A stretch of DNA of 64,000 bases, from assembly GCF_009834535.1 (NCBI RefSeq), contig NC_045696.1, positions 98,024,001-98,088,000 of the forward strand, in the 5' to 3' direction. The DNA comes from Camelus ferus (Eukaryota). The translations under genes and the position numbers were made by a program. Positions 23,592 through 35,625 of this stretch are shown piece by piece (position 1 is the first letter of the stretch; each line of letters begins with the position of its first letter). A model generated the notes under the pieces. That model made no database searches. It was not told where the DNA came from and saw only the letters and a list, made by a program, of their open reading frames with translations.

Positions 23592-24524
23592 ATTTATTTA
23601 TTTTATTATATCAGAGAATGTAATTCTGAGAAATGTCATTTCTATATAAAATGCCTGAAGTTATATAAATTAGGTACAGGCATTATACGCTGATGAATAA
23701 GATAGATTCCAACTCTCAAAATGGTTCTCAACCTAATAAGGGGACAGAAGAACAGGTATCAAACAAGTAATTCAAAGCAAAAAAATATATATACAATAGA
23801 AGTATAAGACAAGTGCTGAAATGAAACTGTGACTCACTCCTTAACACTGACTTGCTTGGCAGGCATCACCATTCCTGCCTAAAGAGCAATGCCAAGGATA
23901 CTAAGTTACAGTTCACGGACTGCCCAGCTCTTGGGGATATTTCCATGAGGTTTACTAAGGATCATCGGATTAACCCCAGGTGGCTCACGGAAATCCAGGT
24001 ACTTGGAGCTCTGATCTCAGCATCACTGTATCTCACTGGCCTCAATCCATGTAAGCCGAGAACAATTGATTTATTTTACCATTTCATATTACAGCTTTTA
24101 TTTTCCACCTTAAAAAAAGATTTTTTAAAAGTAATCAAACTATTAAATAGTTACATAGATGCAAGGAAGCATTTATGCATGATTTAAATTTCACTTTCCA
24201 TTCTAAGGCAGGTCCTCCTAGATTCTCGTTGCACTCTGAACTTATCAGAATCATAATTACATAATTAATTGTGTGATTAGGCTTATATTCTATGGAACCA
24301 TAGAATATAAGCTTTATAGAAGTAGGGATAAAACCTGTATCATTTACCAATCTATTCCCTGGCCCTTAAACTTACCATCTTCCCCAGATTAGGAGATGAA
24401 ATGATTCTTTTTAAAAAAAAAAAAATACTACGGAGATTATTATAGAGATATAGGAAAGGGAAATCAATTCTGAGAATACTTCTAGACCCAGAAAACAACT
24501 ATCAACTGTGCTGATTTAAAAAGA

Positions 24525-24790
24525 CAGATAATGAGAACTAGTGGTTAGGTTACCAGTGGGAAGAGGGAAGAGGGCAGGGTCAGGATAAGGTTAGGGGATT
24601 AAGACATACAACCTACTATGTACAAAATAAACAAGCTACAAGTATATATTGTAGAGCAAAGGGAATGTAGCCAATATTTTATAAGAACTATAAATGGAGT
24701 ATAACCTTTAAAAATTGTGACTCACTATATTGTACACTTGAAACTTTCATAGTATTGTACATTAACTATACCTCATTAATAAAATAAAAT
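24525..24790 (+). mobile_element. 5'-truncated L1 3' end
   Basis: gttaccagtgggaagagggaagagggcaggg ... aagggaatgtagccaatatttt ... tgtacattaactatacctca plus A-rich tail. Confidence 0.85.
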
Positions 24791-27700
24791 GCATTTAATA
24801 TTTTAACAATACAAAATAAAAAGATAAAGTATTTCTAGATACTCTGGTTCAGAGGGGAGGAACAGTAGCTGCAGACAGAAGACGTGAGCCGCTGTGTCTT
24901 CATCTCTAAAATGAGGAAAACACCAGCTGCTTTCTCTACTCAGGGGAACTAATTGTAAGTAATTAATCTGTAATCAGGCCAGTGTGACAGAGGTTTTCCT
25001 CCCTCCTGTATCATTCTCAGGATACATTTTTGTAAATGTTGCAGTGTGGGATAACTGCGAAAGGAGGAAGAAAACTACGCTCACACAACCCAGCCATGCA
25101 GTTAAGAAAGACTGTCTGGTTCAGACCTGAGTCTGCCACCAGCTCGGGGACACTGGGCAAGCTGCTGCCCTAACTGTAATGATGGCAGGTGCCCAAAACT
25201 AGCTATACAGCGGGCCTTCAGTAAATACCCTCTGAACACATGAATGGATGGATGGCTACTTCCTAGGACTGCTGAGAAATAAGTGAAAAAGTAAGTAGAA
25301 CAGCCAGCCTAACAGCCTGTACATGTGTAACACTTTAGTCCTTCCCTCCTCTGTTTCTCATGGGATTCATGATCTGTGCTGGTTACAAGGCTAGAAACAG
25401 ATGGCTAAGTTAAAAAAAAAACAAAAAACAAACAAAAAAAAACCTCCTGGGTCATATAAAATAGCTCTAAAGATAAAATTTGTGTGTGCTCACTGATTTT
25501 GCTATTACATACTTTTGCTTGTCATCTTTACTTATTCAAGATACTTACTACCCAACATAGCAATGAAATGACAGAAATGCAGGAGAACAGAGTAATTTTC
25601 AAAGCAATTGATAAAATAGCTTAAGGGCCACAAGCAGCCTGAGAAAGCCCAACACAGGCAGCTGTCAGAGTGGAACCTATCAAGTCAGGAAACCAGGTGA
25701 GGCACACCTGAATTTCTGAGCTCACTTGGTTTGAACAAGACAAGTACTGTATGAGAATATACCTCTCTCCTTCATTCCTTTTTTGGGCAGGTCCAGCTTG
25801 AAGCCTAACAATTATGAATATTAGGGAAGGCAGCACTGGGGTCAATTTTACACTTAACAGAATTTAGCACCAAATCTTTTCTGATAAAAATTATTTTAAA
25901 ACTTTATCATACTCTCCTGGTTCACTACATCTCCAAGCACAGAAAAAAGATCTTCAGTGAACACTTAGAACTGGGATATGGAACACATGGTTATAATGAC
26001 CTCAAAGCAGATCTTGGATTCTGCTGAAATTAAAACCATACCTAGATTCTATCACTAATTTACTCTCTATTTTTTTCTGAAAATACAACCACAGACCAAC
26101 ATTTCATTTCTCTAAAAAAAAAAAAGTTTAGGGTATTTAGTTTACAGTAATGAATTCCAAGATTTTTCAAAAATGGATACTTTAAGTTGAAAAATATGAA
26201 TCCTTTTCACTTAGGTTTCTGAAACTGACACATACAGATGAAATTTATCAGAAATGTTCAAGCACTACACCTTGTCTTCCACTGTACAAGCACCCCTAAT
26301 TTAGGATACTTTGGAGCCATGGTGGAAAAGGAAATAAATCTCATATTGATTTCTTCAGATTAAGAGTCAAGTGCATCAGCTTTGTTGCACACGAGTATGT
26401 GGAGACAACATTGCTGGTTAGTAGCTATGAAATCATGATCTCTCTCTTCCCTTCTCACTGCTGAGTCCTGAGGTTGACCTTACTGTGTCACATTCTATCA
26501 AATGTTAGTGTATATGTATTTCACAACAGCTATTGTACAACCTTTCAGGAAACATGTAACTTCACCTACGAAGAAAGTGCCAAGATAGTTTGCAAATATT
26601 AACAACAGTATAGGAACTTAAACACTTCACTGTGGGAAATTAAATGCCAGCCATGATTAGGTATGAAGTCACTAGTTTTAAATTCTAACACTCTAGATGT
26701 TTGGGAAGAAAAGAAAAGTCAGGGTACCTAGCACAATTGCCATATTAGGACGATTCTCTTGGCCAGAGGCATGGGAGGGGTGTGATTAGAGGGCTGGTGA
26801 TTAGAAGCCCGACAGCCACATTCTTTCCTATTAGAAGGGCTGCGGAAGCAGCTGCAAATGCTCAGCCATCAGCGCCCATGCGGCTTGTCAGTGGACACCA
26901 GGCCCCATCAGTTCTTGTTGAATGTATGCAAGAGATTAAGCAGGACTTGCAAGACATTCAGACAGAGATACAGTCATCTGCAAACGGGTGTACTTTAATA
27001 CCAGTCTAAAAATGCTGGGACTTAAGACTCCCTGCTCAGTAAAACTGGGGGTTTGGGGCTATGGGAGGATACCTGTGGATATTAGAAAAGGTATGGTAAG
27101 GTGAAAGGAAACATCTGAAAGTGTTCCTCTTGGTGCCTATGGTGTGACATCTATACAAAATCGGGCACTGCACTGAGAACGTGGAGCAAAGCAAGCAAAG
27201 CATTAGAAAAGGATGTAGCTCGCAAAGAAATATTGTGTTAATACAAAGTGTAAGTTCAGTAAGCCTTTAAGTCACACAGGTGTGGATTCAACAGGACAGT
27301 AAACCCCTCCAGAGAGGAGCAGGCTCCCATGGCACAGTGAGCTTTCTTTGATGAGTTAAGTAAAGCTTATCTGTAACACACCAAGCCAAAGACCTTTCAT
27401 TTGAGAGCTGAGGACTTACTCTTCTGTTGAATTTCAATAATGTATTGAGAATAACTGTAAGTTTCCATCTACACAGTTGGATTTTTAACTCCTTCAATTA
27501 AGCATTTCTACTGACAGAAAATTCAATCCTTCGCCGCTAACGAGCCAGTAAGCGGAATACCTTACAGAGACGCAGCTCCTGGAGACCCTGCTGCTGAACG
27601 ATGAGTGTGCTACCAGGCACAGAAAGATCTCTCCGTGGCTTCAGATTCTGGCTGAAAAAGCAGGAAGTGCTTTCCAGTTGAGCACTTTCCACATATTCTT

Positions 27701-28164
27701 GCTTCTTTACAACTAATTCATCAACTCCTCTAGTACCTCTTGGTTCTAGAACAAGGTAGATGATCCAAGTTGGTCTCTACCAGAGCATTAATAAGTCTGA
27801 AATTCTAAAATTGTAACCTGGGTAATTTACCACGGCACACTACTGTCTGGTATCCACACTATGATCTTGCAACAAAGTCTAGTATTCTTCTAGACTAGAA
27901 ATTAGATTCTCTTTACACTATTACAGTTGTGTGGATTTCAAGCAGCTGGATCTACTTTAGAATGTGATTCACTTACTGGAGTTGAGAATTTACACTGACT
28001 TTCTGGAAGGATTACACTACTTCCTTTAACTCAATGAGAGGAGGTGATGAAAGATACCCTGACGGGAAGATGAAGACAAACAGTGGACTTCTGCAAAAAA
28101 TACTCTCATCTTCCTTTAGTGCAGAGGCAACTGTTTTAGTCTCAGCAGTAGAAATAGGGAATAC

Positions 28165-28390
28165 ACAAGTTGGTTCCTCGATTGTACCAAATATGCCACA
28201 CTGATGAGGGATGTTGAGGGTAGGGGAAGATATATGTGTGGGTGGGGAGGGCTATGTGGGAATTCTGTATTTTCTGCTCAATTCTGTTGTGAACCTGAAA
28301 CTACTCGAAAAGAATAAAGTCTATAAGAAAGAGAGAGAGGAAGAGAGAGAGAGAAAGGAAGGAAGGAAGGAAGGAAGGAAGGAAGAAGGA
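28165..28390 (+). mobile_element. Old L1 (L1MB-like) 3' terminus ending in a (GA)/(GGAA)n purine repeat
   Basis: tatgtgggaattctgtattttctgctcaattctgttgtgaacctgaaact...aataaagtcta, then gaaggaaggaagg. Confidence 0.75.
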
Positions 28391-28624
28391 ATCCATGTTC
28401 TGAGCTCGAATACTAACACAGCTTTCATTCCTTACATGAAAGGAAAGCAGCAGGAGCTAAAACTGTCAGTGACATGAAGTTACATCTGGCCCTAACCACA
28501 CTGAACACTCAACACATTCTTACTTAAGGTGCTGAAAATAAGGCTGCACTTCTTGTCGGATGCTGCCATTCACTATGGGTCAGATGTTCCTGCTCACTGT
28601 TTTAGAGCACATAATGACTCGGCA

Positions 28625-28810
28625 TAGAGCAGACTTTTTCAGCCTTGGCACTACTGACACCTTGAGCGGGAGAACCCTTTGGTGTGGGGGCTGTCCATGC
28701 ACTGCAGGATGCTCAGCAGCATCCCTGGCCTCTATCCACTAGATGCCAGTGGCACCCTCCCCGCTCACTTGTGACAACCAAAAATGTCTCCCCAAGGGGC
28801 CAAAAGTCCC
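28625..28810. mobile_element. MER20-like hAT transposon
   Basis: cagccttggcactactgacac...gggggctgtccatgcactgcaggatgctcagcagcatccctggcctctatccactagatgccagt...gtgacaaccaaaaatgtctcc. Confidence 0.85.
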
Positions 28811-29064
28811 CTGGGGTGGGGTGGAGGGGGGCCAAATCAGGGCGCTGGCCTGTCCCCACATTTCCAGCCTGGGCTTCTGCCACCGTGTCAAGCATCTGAC
28901 AGGGAGTCGCTGCTGAGACGGCACTTCTTAGTGCAAATCCTTCTTCCTAGATGCAACTGGGTCTTTTTTTGATTCAAAAGATCCATCAACTGTTAATTTT
29001 AAAAGGAGCTGCTTTTGCATATTAACTACTAATTTTGTCTTGTGTGCATTTTGTTCCAGTTTTT

Positions 29065-29172
29065 AAAATTTTTATTATTTTTGGGGGGTAACTAGGTTTA
29101 CTTATCTATTTATATTTCCTGGAGGTACTAGGGATGGAAGCCAAGACCTCGTGCATCCTAAGCATGTACTCT
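29065..29172 (-). mobile_element. 5'-truncated tRNA-derived camelid SINE (Vic-1-like)
   Basis: Minus strand reads agagtacatgcttaggatgcacgaggtcttggcttccatccctagtacctcc...aaatagataagtaaacctagttaccccccaaaaa, with a degenerate B box and the camelid-type tail. Confidence 0.75.
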
Positions 29173-29898
29173 TATTGTTTTTTTTTTTAAAGTCACTATT
29201 CATTATTTTAGAGACTGGCCTGAAACAGAAGCATAGTTACTACTTCATTTAATCAAAATTCTCCAAAGGATGTGAGACCCTAAGTTACAAACAGTCAGAA
29301 ACTTTCTATAGACACACATAGCTACAGATACACTTACACATCGTGGCAAATGGATGCTGGCTTTGCCAATATGCTACTCTTGCAGACATCACTCTATCTG
29401 ATGTACAGTGTTACAGGGAATGAAAATCTGGAGACAAATATTCACACAGTCTATCTTCTTTTTTCTTTCAAGGCCTCCCAAGAGAATGAGAGCCAAATTA
29501 TTTGGTTTATTCCTCAAATTTTTATGGAGATAGTGATTGGTCCTCCTGTTAGTTCTTAAGTTTACTCAGGTTTAAAGATAGTTGTTAAAGTTTTTGGTTT
29601 GTTTAACAGTCTTTTATTATGTCTTGAATAATCATGGTTCATTGAACATACTCTAATTTAGACACAGGAAAATCAATCAAAGGCAAGTCTGTAAAACAGC
29701 CTATGTACCCATAGGAAAAAGATGCATGCGCGCACACAAACACATAATGCTATTTCCCAAAACAACACAGCTTAAAATCTTTGCCACATCTCATGTATCG
29801 CTACCTTCCAGGCACAAGGAACCAAGGCAACTCCCTGAGAAGAGCAGTTCCTAGAAGTTACTAACAGCTTATCAGATATGAAGAAAACAGATACATAC

Positions 29899-30061
29899 CA
29901 TCAAAACTACCTTGCTCGGAAGCAAGGTGCAACAGCTGATTGTATGTTTCAACTGAAGGCCGATAAACAAAGACTCCAGAATTGAAGCAGTCAGGCCACC
30001 CTGGGTCTGGTGCCGCCGACAGTTCTTCTCTCTCAAAAAGATCATCGATATTTGCTAGGAC
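29899..30061 (-). CDS. GYG1: Glycogenin-1 coding exon 4 (163 nt)
   Basis: gaatcag|GTC CTA... encodes [55 protein letters not shown]|gtatgt. Overlaps ORF 29861..30070. Confidence 0.98.
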
Positions 30062-30356
30062 CTGATTCAAGGGCAGGGGGTGGGGAGAAGGGAAAGCATT
30101 TCAGATCTGTTCTGCTGCAGCACACCCTTCTTAAGTTCTCCCTAAGTTATCCAGTACAAAAGATGCAATCTGTTGCTGGTCTTAACCATCCAGACGACAG
30201 CTGAAAGGCAGCCTGGGCCTACCTCCTTCAACACCTGACACTTTTTATGACAGTAGTTTATCTGAACTTTACTGTCAAGTCTTGACAGCATTCTTTAAAT
30301 GCCTAACTGGTCTCAGTTACTATATCCATCTTTCCAGCCATCAAAGCCATACTCAC

Positions 30357-30531
30357 CAGAGTATCTGCATCCATGAACACACATTTTGAATACTGTGTAA
30401 GGGACCAGCAGTGGAGTTTAGTTAATGTGATACCCAATTCAGGCCTCTTCATTAAGGTTAGATGAGCAGAATCACCACTGTCCAAGACATCTACCATGAT
30501 GACTTCGTCAAAGATTGTCTCTAAAGTTTTC
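30357..30531 (-). CDS. GYG1: Glycogenin-1 coding exon 3 (175 nt), contains Thr83 and the GT8 DXD motif D102-A-D104
   Basis: ttttgacag|G AAA ACT... encodes [58 protein letters not shown]|gtgagt. Overlaps ORF 30303..30497. Confidence 0.98.
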
Positions 30532-32348
30532 CTGTCAAAATAAAATCCAGAAAACAGCTCTCAGCATCTCTGCAGAACAAGTGACCCTTCTAATGTAAGA
30601 CTGCATTCTTATTAGCCCAACAATTACTAGAGCAGTCTGTTACTTTGGTATATTACAGTCTCTTAAATATGTCCTAATTTACTTCAGGACAAACTGTGTT
30701 AATTTGCATGTGCAGTTGACTTCACTGAAACAGTAAGAACTGCTTATGGTGAGGATGAACTACTTGTCTTAAAATATTATCACAGAAGATGCTTTCTATG
30801 CTTCACTGTACCATGAATATCAGACAAATTGTGAAATAGCCTGTGAAAATTTTACTGATGTTTGCTAATACACCTTTGCAACAGCCTATGTCTTTAATAA
30901 TATTTTACTAGAACTGATTCTTGCTGCCCACTGAATACTTTTACAAATGATGCTGAGTTAAGCACATATAATATCTGCAATGAAGCCTATAGCTGATAAT
31001 TTTTGCTAAAGCAGTTGACAGAGGCTCCATGTCCTAAAAGAAGTTAAATGACTCAATTATTGGGTTTCCAGTTTTTGGCCTCGGATATAACCAACATTTA
31101 TTATGTGCTTAGCCCTCATAATGAGAGGCTCATTCTAGTCTATGAGGTACAGTACTTCTCTATACCCAAAATTAACTAAAGATTTATTTTAGAAAGCAAG
31201 CCTGAGCTGAAGTAAGCGGGGTGTCCTCAGGTAAGATGCCAAACTCAGCACAGGGAAAAAGATACGGTAAAGACAGAGCATCACTGAGTGTTTATAACCA
31301 TGTCAAGCATGTAGAACAAAACTGGTATTGCATTATTGCTTTGAAAGCTGTGCAAAAATGCATGCTAGTTCACACAGTAAACTTGATCTTTTTGAAAGAA
31401 ATGGTTGGTGGCACCATTTACCACAGTAAAGGGGGCTGGGTTCTAAGACTGCATCCGCCTTCTTACATAATCCTCACGAAAGAGACTATAGATTAGGACA
31501 TACACATAGGAGACATTTGGGGGGGGCATTTTACTAAATTACCCTTTAGGAACAAGGTTGTTAGTGTGAGAAATACATTTATGTATATATAATGGCTCTT
31601 TTTCAGAGGTCCTTGGCATGTGCTTACATTAAAAAAAAAAGCCACAAAAGGGCGTTTTCAATTTCTAAAAGGGATAGGAGAACGCAAAAATAAACACAAT
31701 ACAGAGCTGCTAGTGTGCCCAGATATTTTAAAATAAGTTAGCATTAGGATCAAAGTAGTTCATTCAGATACTTCGAAAATTAATTCCAACAAATTGACAC
31801 AAACTAACCCAACCAACAAGCAGCCTGTGCCCCCCAGGGTGCTCTCCTAGCAGGGCCCCTAATTCAGAGAGCCCTTCTAGTCTCTCAAATTGTAAATAAA
31901 GATCTTTATGTTACTAATGTCAACTTGTGGTGGTGAAAACTGCTACTTTCTTTCAAAGTCACCCTAGGTTTCCCTGGTTGGAAATAGGAGCAAACAGCAT
32001 CTGCTGCATTTGGGGAAGGGCGTGCAAGTGAAGTCTGAGGATGTGCCGGGGGGTGGCTGCACCGAGACACTCACTCGGATCGCCCCAAGAGAGCCTGTCC
32101 ACAGGAGAGCCCTGCTCCTGGTCGGAATCTCCTGGGTGAGAACACCACCTCCCGGAGGGAGCTTGGTTGGAACATCTCCCGAGGAGGAGGAAGAGGTTTC
32201 AGGCCCAGGAATTCTTCACTCAGCAACTCTCATCTCTCTTCACCGGCACTCAACCCATGGAAAGGGTATGGCCTCAATGTCCACTGATGTCAGAAACAGG
32301 GGAGAGGGATGTCAGAGCTCCAGCAACAGCTGGCAGTAAGGTCCTCAC

Positions 32349-32484
32349 CTCATGGAGTCTGAGACCTGTGGGGTGATGAGCACAGCCAGCTTCCTGGTGG
32401 TCCTGTGCTGTTTAAGAGACGAACCAAGGACCAGGGCTCCTTTGGCGTAGGCATCGTTTGTGGTCAGCGTCACAAAGGCCTGAT
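32349..32484 (-). CDS. GYG1: Glycogenin-1 coding exon 2 (136 nt)
   Basis: ttgcatcaag|AT CAG GCC TTT... encodes [46 protein letters not shown], ending AG|gtgagg. Not in the ORF track; read by hand. Confidence 0.97.
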
Positions 32485-34782
32485 CTTGATGCAAGGAAAG
32501 AAACACATTCATTAAACGTTACCCCAGGACCCTCTTCAGTGAGTATTTGGCAAAATCAATTCCTTTGAGATTAACTAGCTCCCTTAATAAAGGAGCAGCC
32601 TCTTGGAGGGTGGCGTGGGAGGGAGAACCCAAATGCCCACTTTAAGAATGGTTCCAGACCGTTCTTTAGCAGGGAATCTCTGGCAACCTCCAAGAGGCTG
32701 ACTGAGCTATAAAAATTAAATCCAATTTAGAGTCCACACGAGCTAAATTCTCAGACTAAACAGCAGCTTAACACCCAGAGGGTGAACCTCAGACAATTAA
32801 CAGGTAGTAATGACAAGAGCAAGAAGTGCACTTTCTGTTTCTCCTACAAGGTACCCTAAACAGTATTTTCAGCCAAGCACAAATCCAGCCAACAACCTCA
32901 ACAGAGAGTATCCTAACACAGAGGCCATATTCTTCATTCTGGTGCTTCCATCTGCCAAATCTCAGGCTTTTATACTATTTCCTCAACCTGGAGCAAAGAC
33001 TCTCTCAAACATCACCTTGCCAAATCGATGCTTCTATCTAAATAGTGGCCCATTGCTGTTAAATGGATTTAGGGACAGCCGCACAAGCTCTAGGAAACCT
33101 GCCTCTTTTCCCTCGGAGAAACAAGCAGTACCCCCTATCCTGTACCCTAGGGCCCTCCCAACACTCTTTCACACACTCAAAAATCAGTCTCCGATAATCA
33201 CTAGGGCTGAAAGCAAACACGTGAATTATTTCCTCCTGAACACACCCCAGGCACCCAAGGCCACCAGCACAGCCTTTAGGATTTCTCCAGTCCTTTCCCG
33301 GGATGATTCTGGGGCACACGCTGTCTCCGAAGGGGTTTTGACATTAGCAAGCTGGTGGCCATCCAAATGTACAGGATACTTAGGATCAAGCTCTGGCAGG
33401 GTTCACTTGGGGCACTGTGGCCCAAGCAGGCAGTTGGGACATTTTGTCATGAAATCATTCTCTGTCTTAGGTTTTGTCATTCTCCCTTGGCCCATTTTCT
33501 AAAGTGGAAGCTGGAGACCATGGAAATTCCACTGAGAAGTGAGAGGAAGTTGCAGGTTGTCAAGTGGGCCAACACACACCCCAGCCTCTGATCCCAGGGC
33601 CTCCTTTACACATAGTGTTGGACTCTCCCTTAAGTTGTAGAAAGACTGGTGTTCCCCATCCCTGCAGGGCCACTGGCATCCCAGCCAGTCACACCCTAGG
33701 GAAGCTCAGAACAGTGCCCTCTGTCCCTTGACATGCCCATCAACCTCTGTCAGTACTTGCTCCTTCAACCCATCATAAGAAGGCATTTCAGTCAGCCTGC
33801 CCAAGGTGCATAATGAATGATGTAACGTAAAAGTGGTCCTGATTCCGGGGGATGGTGGAGAAATGTTTAATAAGGTAGTAAGTTTCAAGGATTTGGGGAA
33901 GCAAGGATATGGACTATTTCCAAGATGATGCAAGGGACAGATCAAATGCTTAGGAACATAGGCTAGAGCGCCAGACCTAGCCAACATTATAAAGGAACAG
34001 CAGAGACCAATGACAGTTGGCTAGGAGTTCAACCTGGCAGAACTACGGATTGCATCTGCAATCTTTCCGCAGTTCAACTGCTGAAATACCCCTGCTATTC
34101 GCCTGAACAGCACGGGAAGGACCAGTTACCTCGGGGCCTCCGGCCCTCGGGGGCAGGTTCGCCGTGCAGCCCCGTCACCTTGCAACAAGTCGGCCGGCGC
34201 CCTCACACCGCGCGGGGCCCGCTCCCCGGGCTCCCACTTCCCGCAACCCAGCCCCAAAGGCCTAAAAATAGGCTCGGCGTGGCGGCCAGCGCCGGGGCGG
34301 GCGGCCGAAGAGCCGGGCCGGGGCCGCCGGCGTCCTGGCCTCGCGGCCGCCCCTTCCGAGGGTTCCGGCCCGCAGGCGGTGGGGAGAGCGCCGGCGCCCC
34401 CGCCGCGCTCCGGGGCTCGGGACCGGCGCCCCCGGGGAGCCGGCTCCCCACCCCCACGCCGCCCGCGCAGCTGCTCCGCCCGCCCTTCACGGTGAGCGCA
34501 GGAGGAAGGGCAAGGAGACGGAAGCAGGAACGGGGGCGCCGGCGGAGGGCCCAGGCGCTGCCGGGAGGGCCCCCAGGGCTGCGTCTCCTGGGTCCGGACG
34601 GCAGCTCGGGTCCCCGGGGCGGCGGGGCAGCGGCTGACGCAGGAAGCGACACGCCCGGCTGCGGCCAGCCTGCAACTTTGCGCCGGTCCTCGTCCAGCCG
34701 GCAGCTCCCCCGGGGCGGACGGGCGGACGTAGGGGGAGAAGGGAGGCGGCGGCGGCGGTGGGCGGCGCGGCGCGGCGCGTAC

Positions 34783-34789
34783 CTGTCAT
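34783..34789 (-). CDS. GYG1: Glycogenin-1 coding exon 1 (ATG ACA G; Met-Thr + 1 nt)
   Basis: Minus strand reads gcagcaccATGACAG|gtacgc: Kozak context with A at -3, then a GT donor, inside a CpG island. Joined to exon 2 it gives [13 protein letters not shown]. Confidence 0.95.
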
Positions 34790-34912
34790 GGTGCTGCCGG
34801 GGGCGCGGGCGGCCGCCGCAGCCGCAGGTTGGTGGCTCGGAGAAGCCCGGCGCCGGGAGGGAGCGCGGCCAGCGAGGAGGCGCGGCGGGAGCCGAGCGTC
34901 CGCCCGGAGCGC

Positions 34913-34935
34913 TCTTATAGCTGCCGTCACGTGGC
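34913..34935 (-). promoter_or_regulatory. GYG1: GYG1 core promoter: TATAAGA (34913-34919) with adjacent E-box CACGTG (34928-34933) overlapping a TGACG half-CRE
   Basis: Minus strand reads gccacgtgacggcagctataagagc, ~125 nt upstream of the ATG. Confidence 0.75.
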
Positions 34936-35444
34936 CGCGCACGCTCCCCGCGCCCTCCGGCATCCTCCCCGCCGCGCGGCCGGCCCGGGAGGCTGCCCCG
35001 GGGCTGCGGGACCCGGCTGGGTCCTCACTCAGCCCTTCCAGCCCTGGGTCTCGGCTCTGGGTCCATCTCCTCGGCCCCTCTCCTCGGCCCCTCTGGTCCT
35101 GGTACTGCTCTCAAGGGGCACCTGCCTGGGACCGCGAGCCTCCGTGTCGTCCCCCCCCCCCCCACCCCGAGTCAAAGATTTGGAGGGGGACTTTGGGGCA
35201 GAGTGTGGCGTAAGTGGGACAAACTCCCAAAGAAGCCAAGGGTTAGGGAACTTACCAAACAGAAAACCCTAGTTCCTGTTATCACTATAGTTAATAATAA
35301 TTCATCTGAACTGCCTGAATTAAATTTTAATTTCCCTTTCTTCACCTAGAATTCCAAATCAGCCTCTAGAAGCATTTCTTGGTGGCCTTAACTGAAAAAC
35401 AGAATGACTCTTCCGTATATTAGATTCTTGGGGTCCTCTGCATC

Positions 35445-35625
35445 AATTAAGTATTTAGGTGTTTTCATTTAATCTTCACATTAACTCATTGAAGTAGGTT
35501 TTGTATCCTCATTTTACAGACGAGGAAACTGAGGCACCGAAAGTTAAATTACTTGTCTATGGTCATATCATATAAGTAGAGAAGGTAGGATTTGAACCAT
35601 GGCAGTTAGTTTCCTTCCATAAGTG
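35445..35625. mobile_element. MIR
   Basis: tcatttaatcttcaca...cattttacagacgaggaaactgaggcac...ggatttgaacc. Confidence 0.85.

Larger units (their letters stand above)
34100..35210. promoter_or_regulatory. GYG1: CpG island spanning GYG1 promoter, exon 1 and start of intron 1
   Basis: Very high GC content, dense CpG, many GC boxes and (GGC)n runs. Sharp return to AT-rich DNA at ~35250. Confidence 0.95.

Noticed and set aside
6087..34789. Gene being GYG2 or a pseudogene
   Set aside because: The 350-aa length, MTDQAFVTL start and KRKLDTYLQ end match GYG1. The frame, splice sites and residues Thr83, Asp102/104, Asp160/163, Tyr195 and His212 are all intact.
34180..35272. Overlapping 147-246 aa ORFs on both strands
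   Set aside because: Gly/Pro/Arg/Ala-rich frames expected from stop-codon scarcity in a CpG island. Only ATGACAG is supported as coding.
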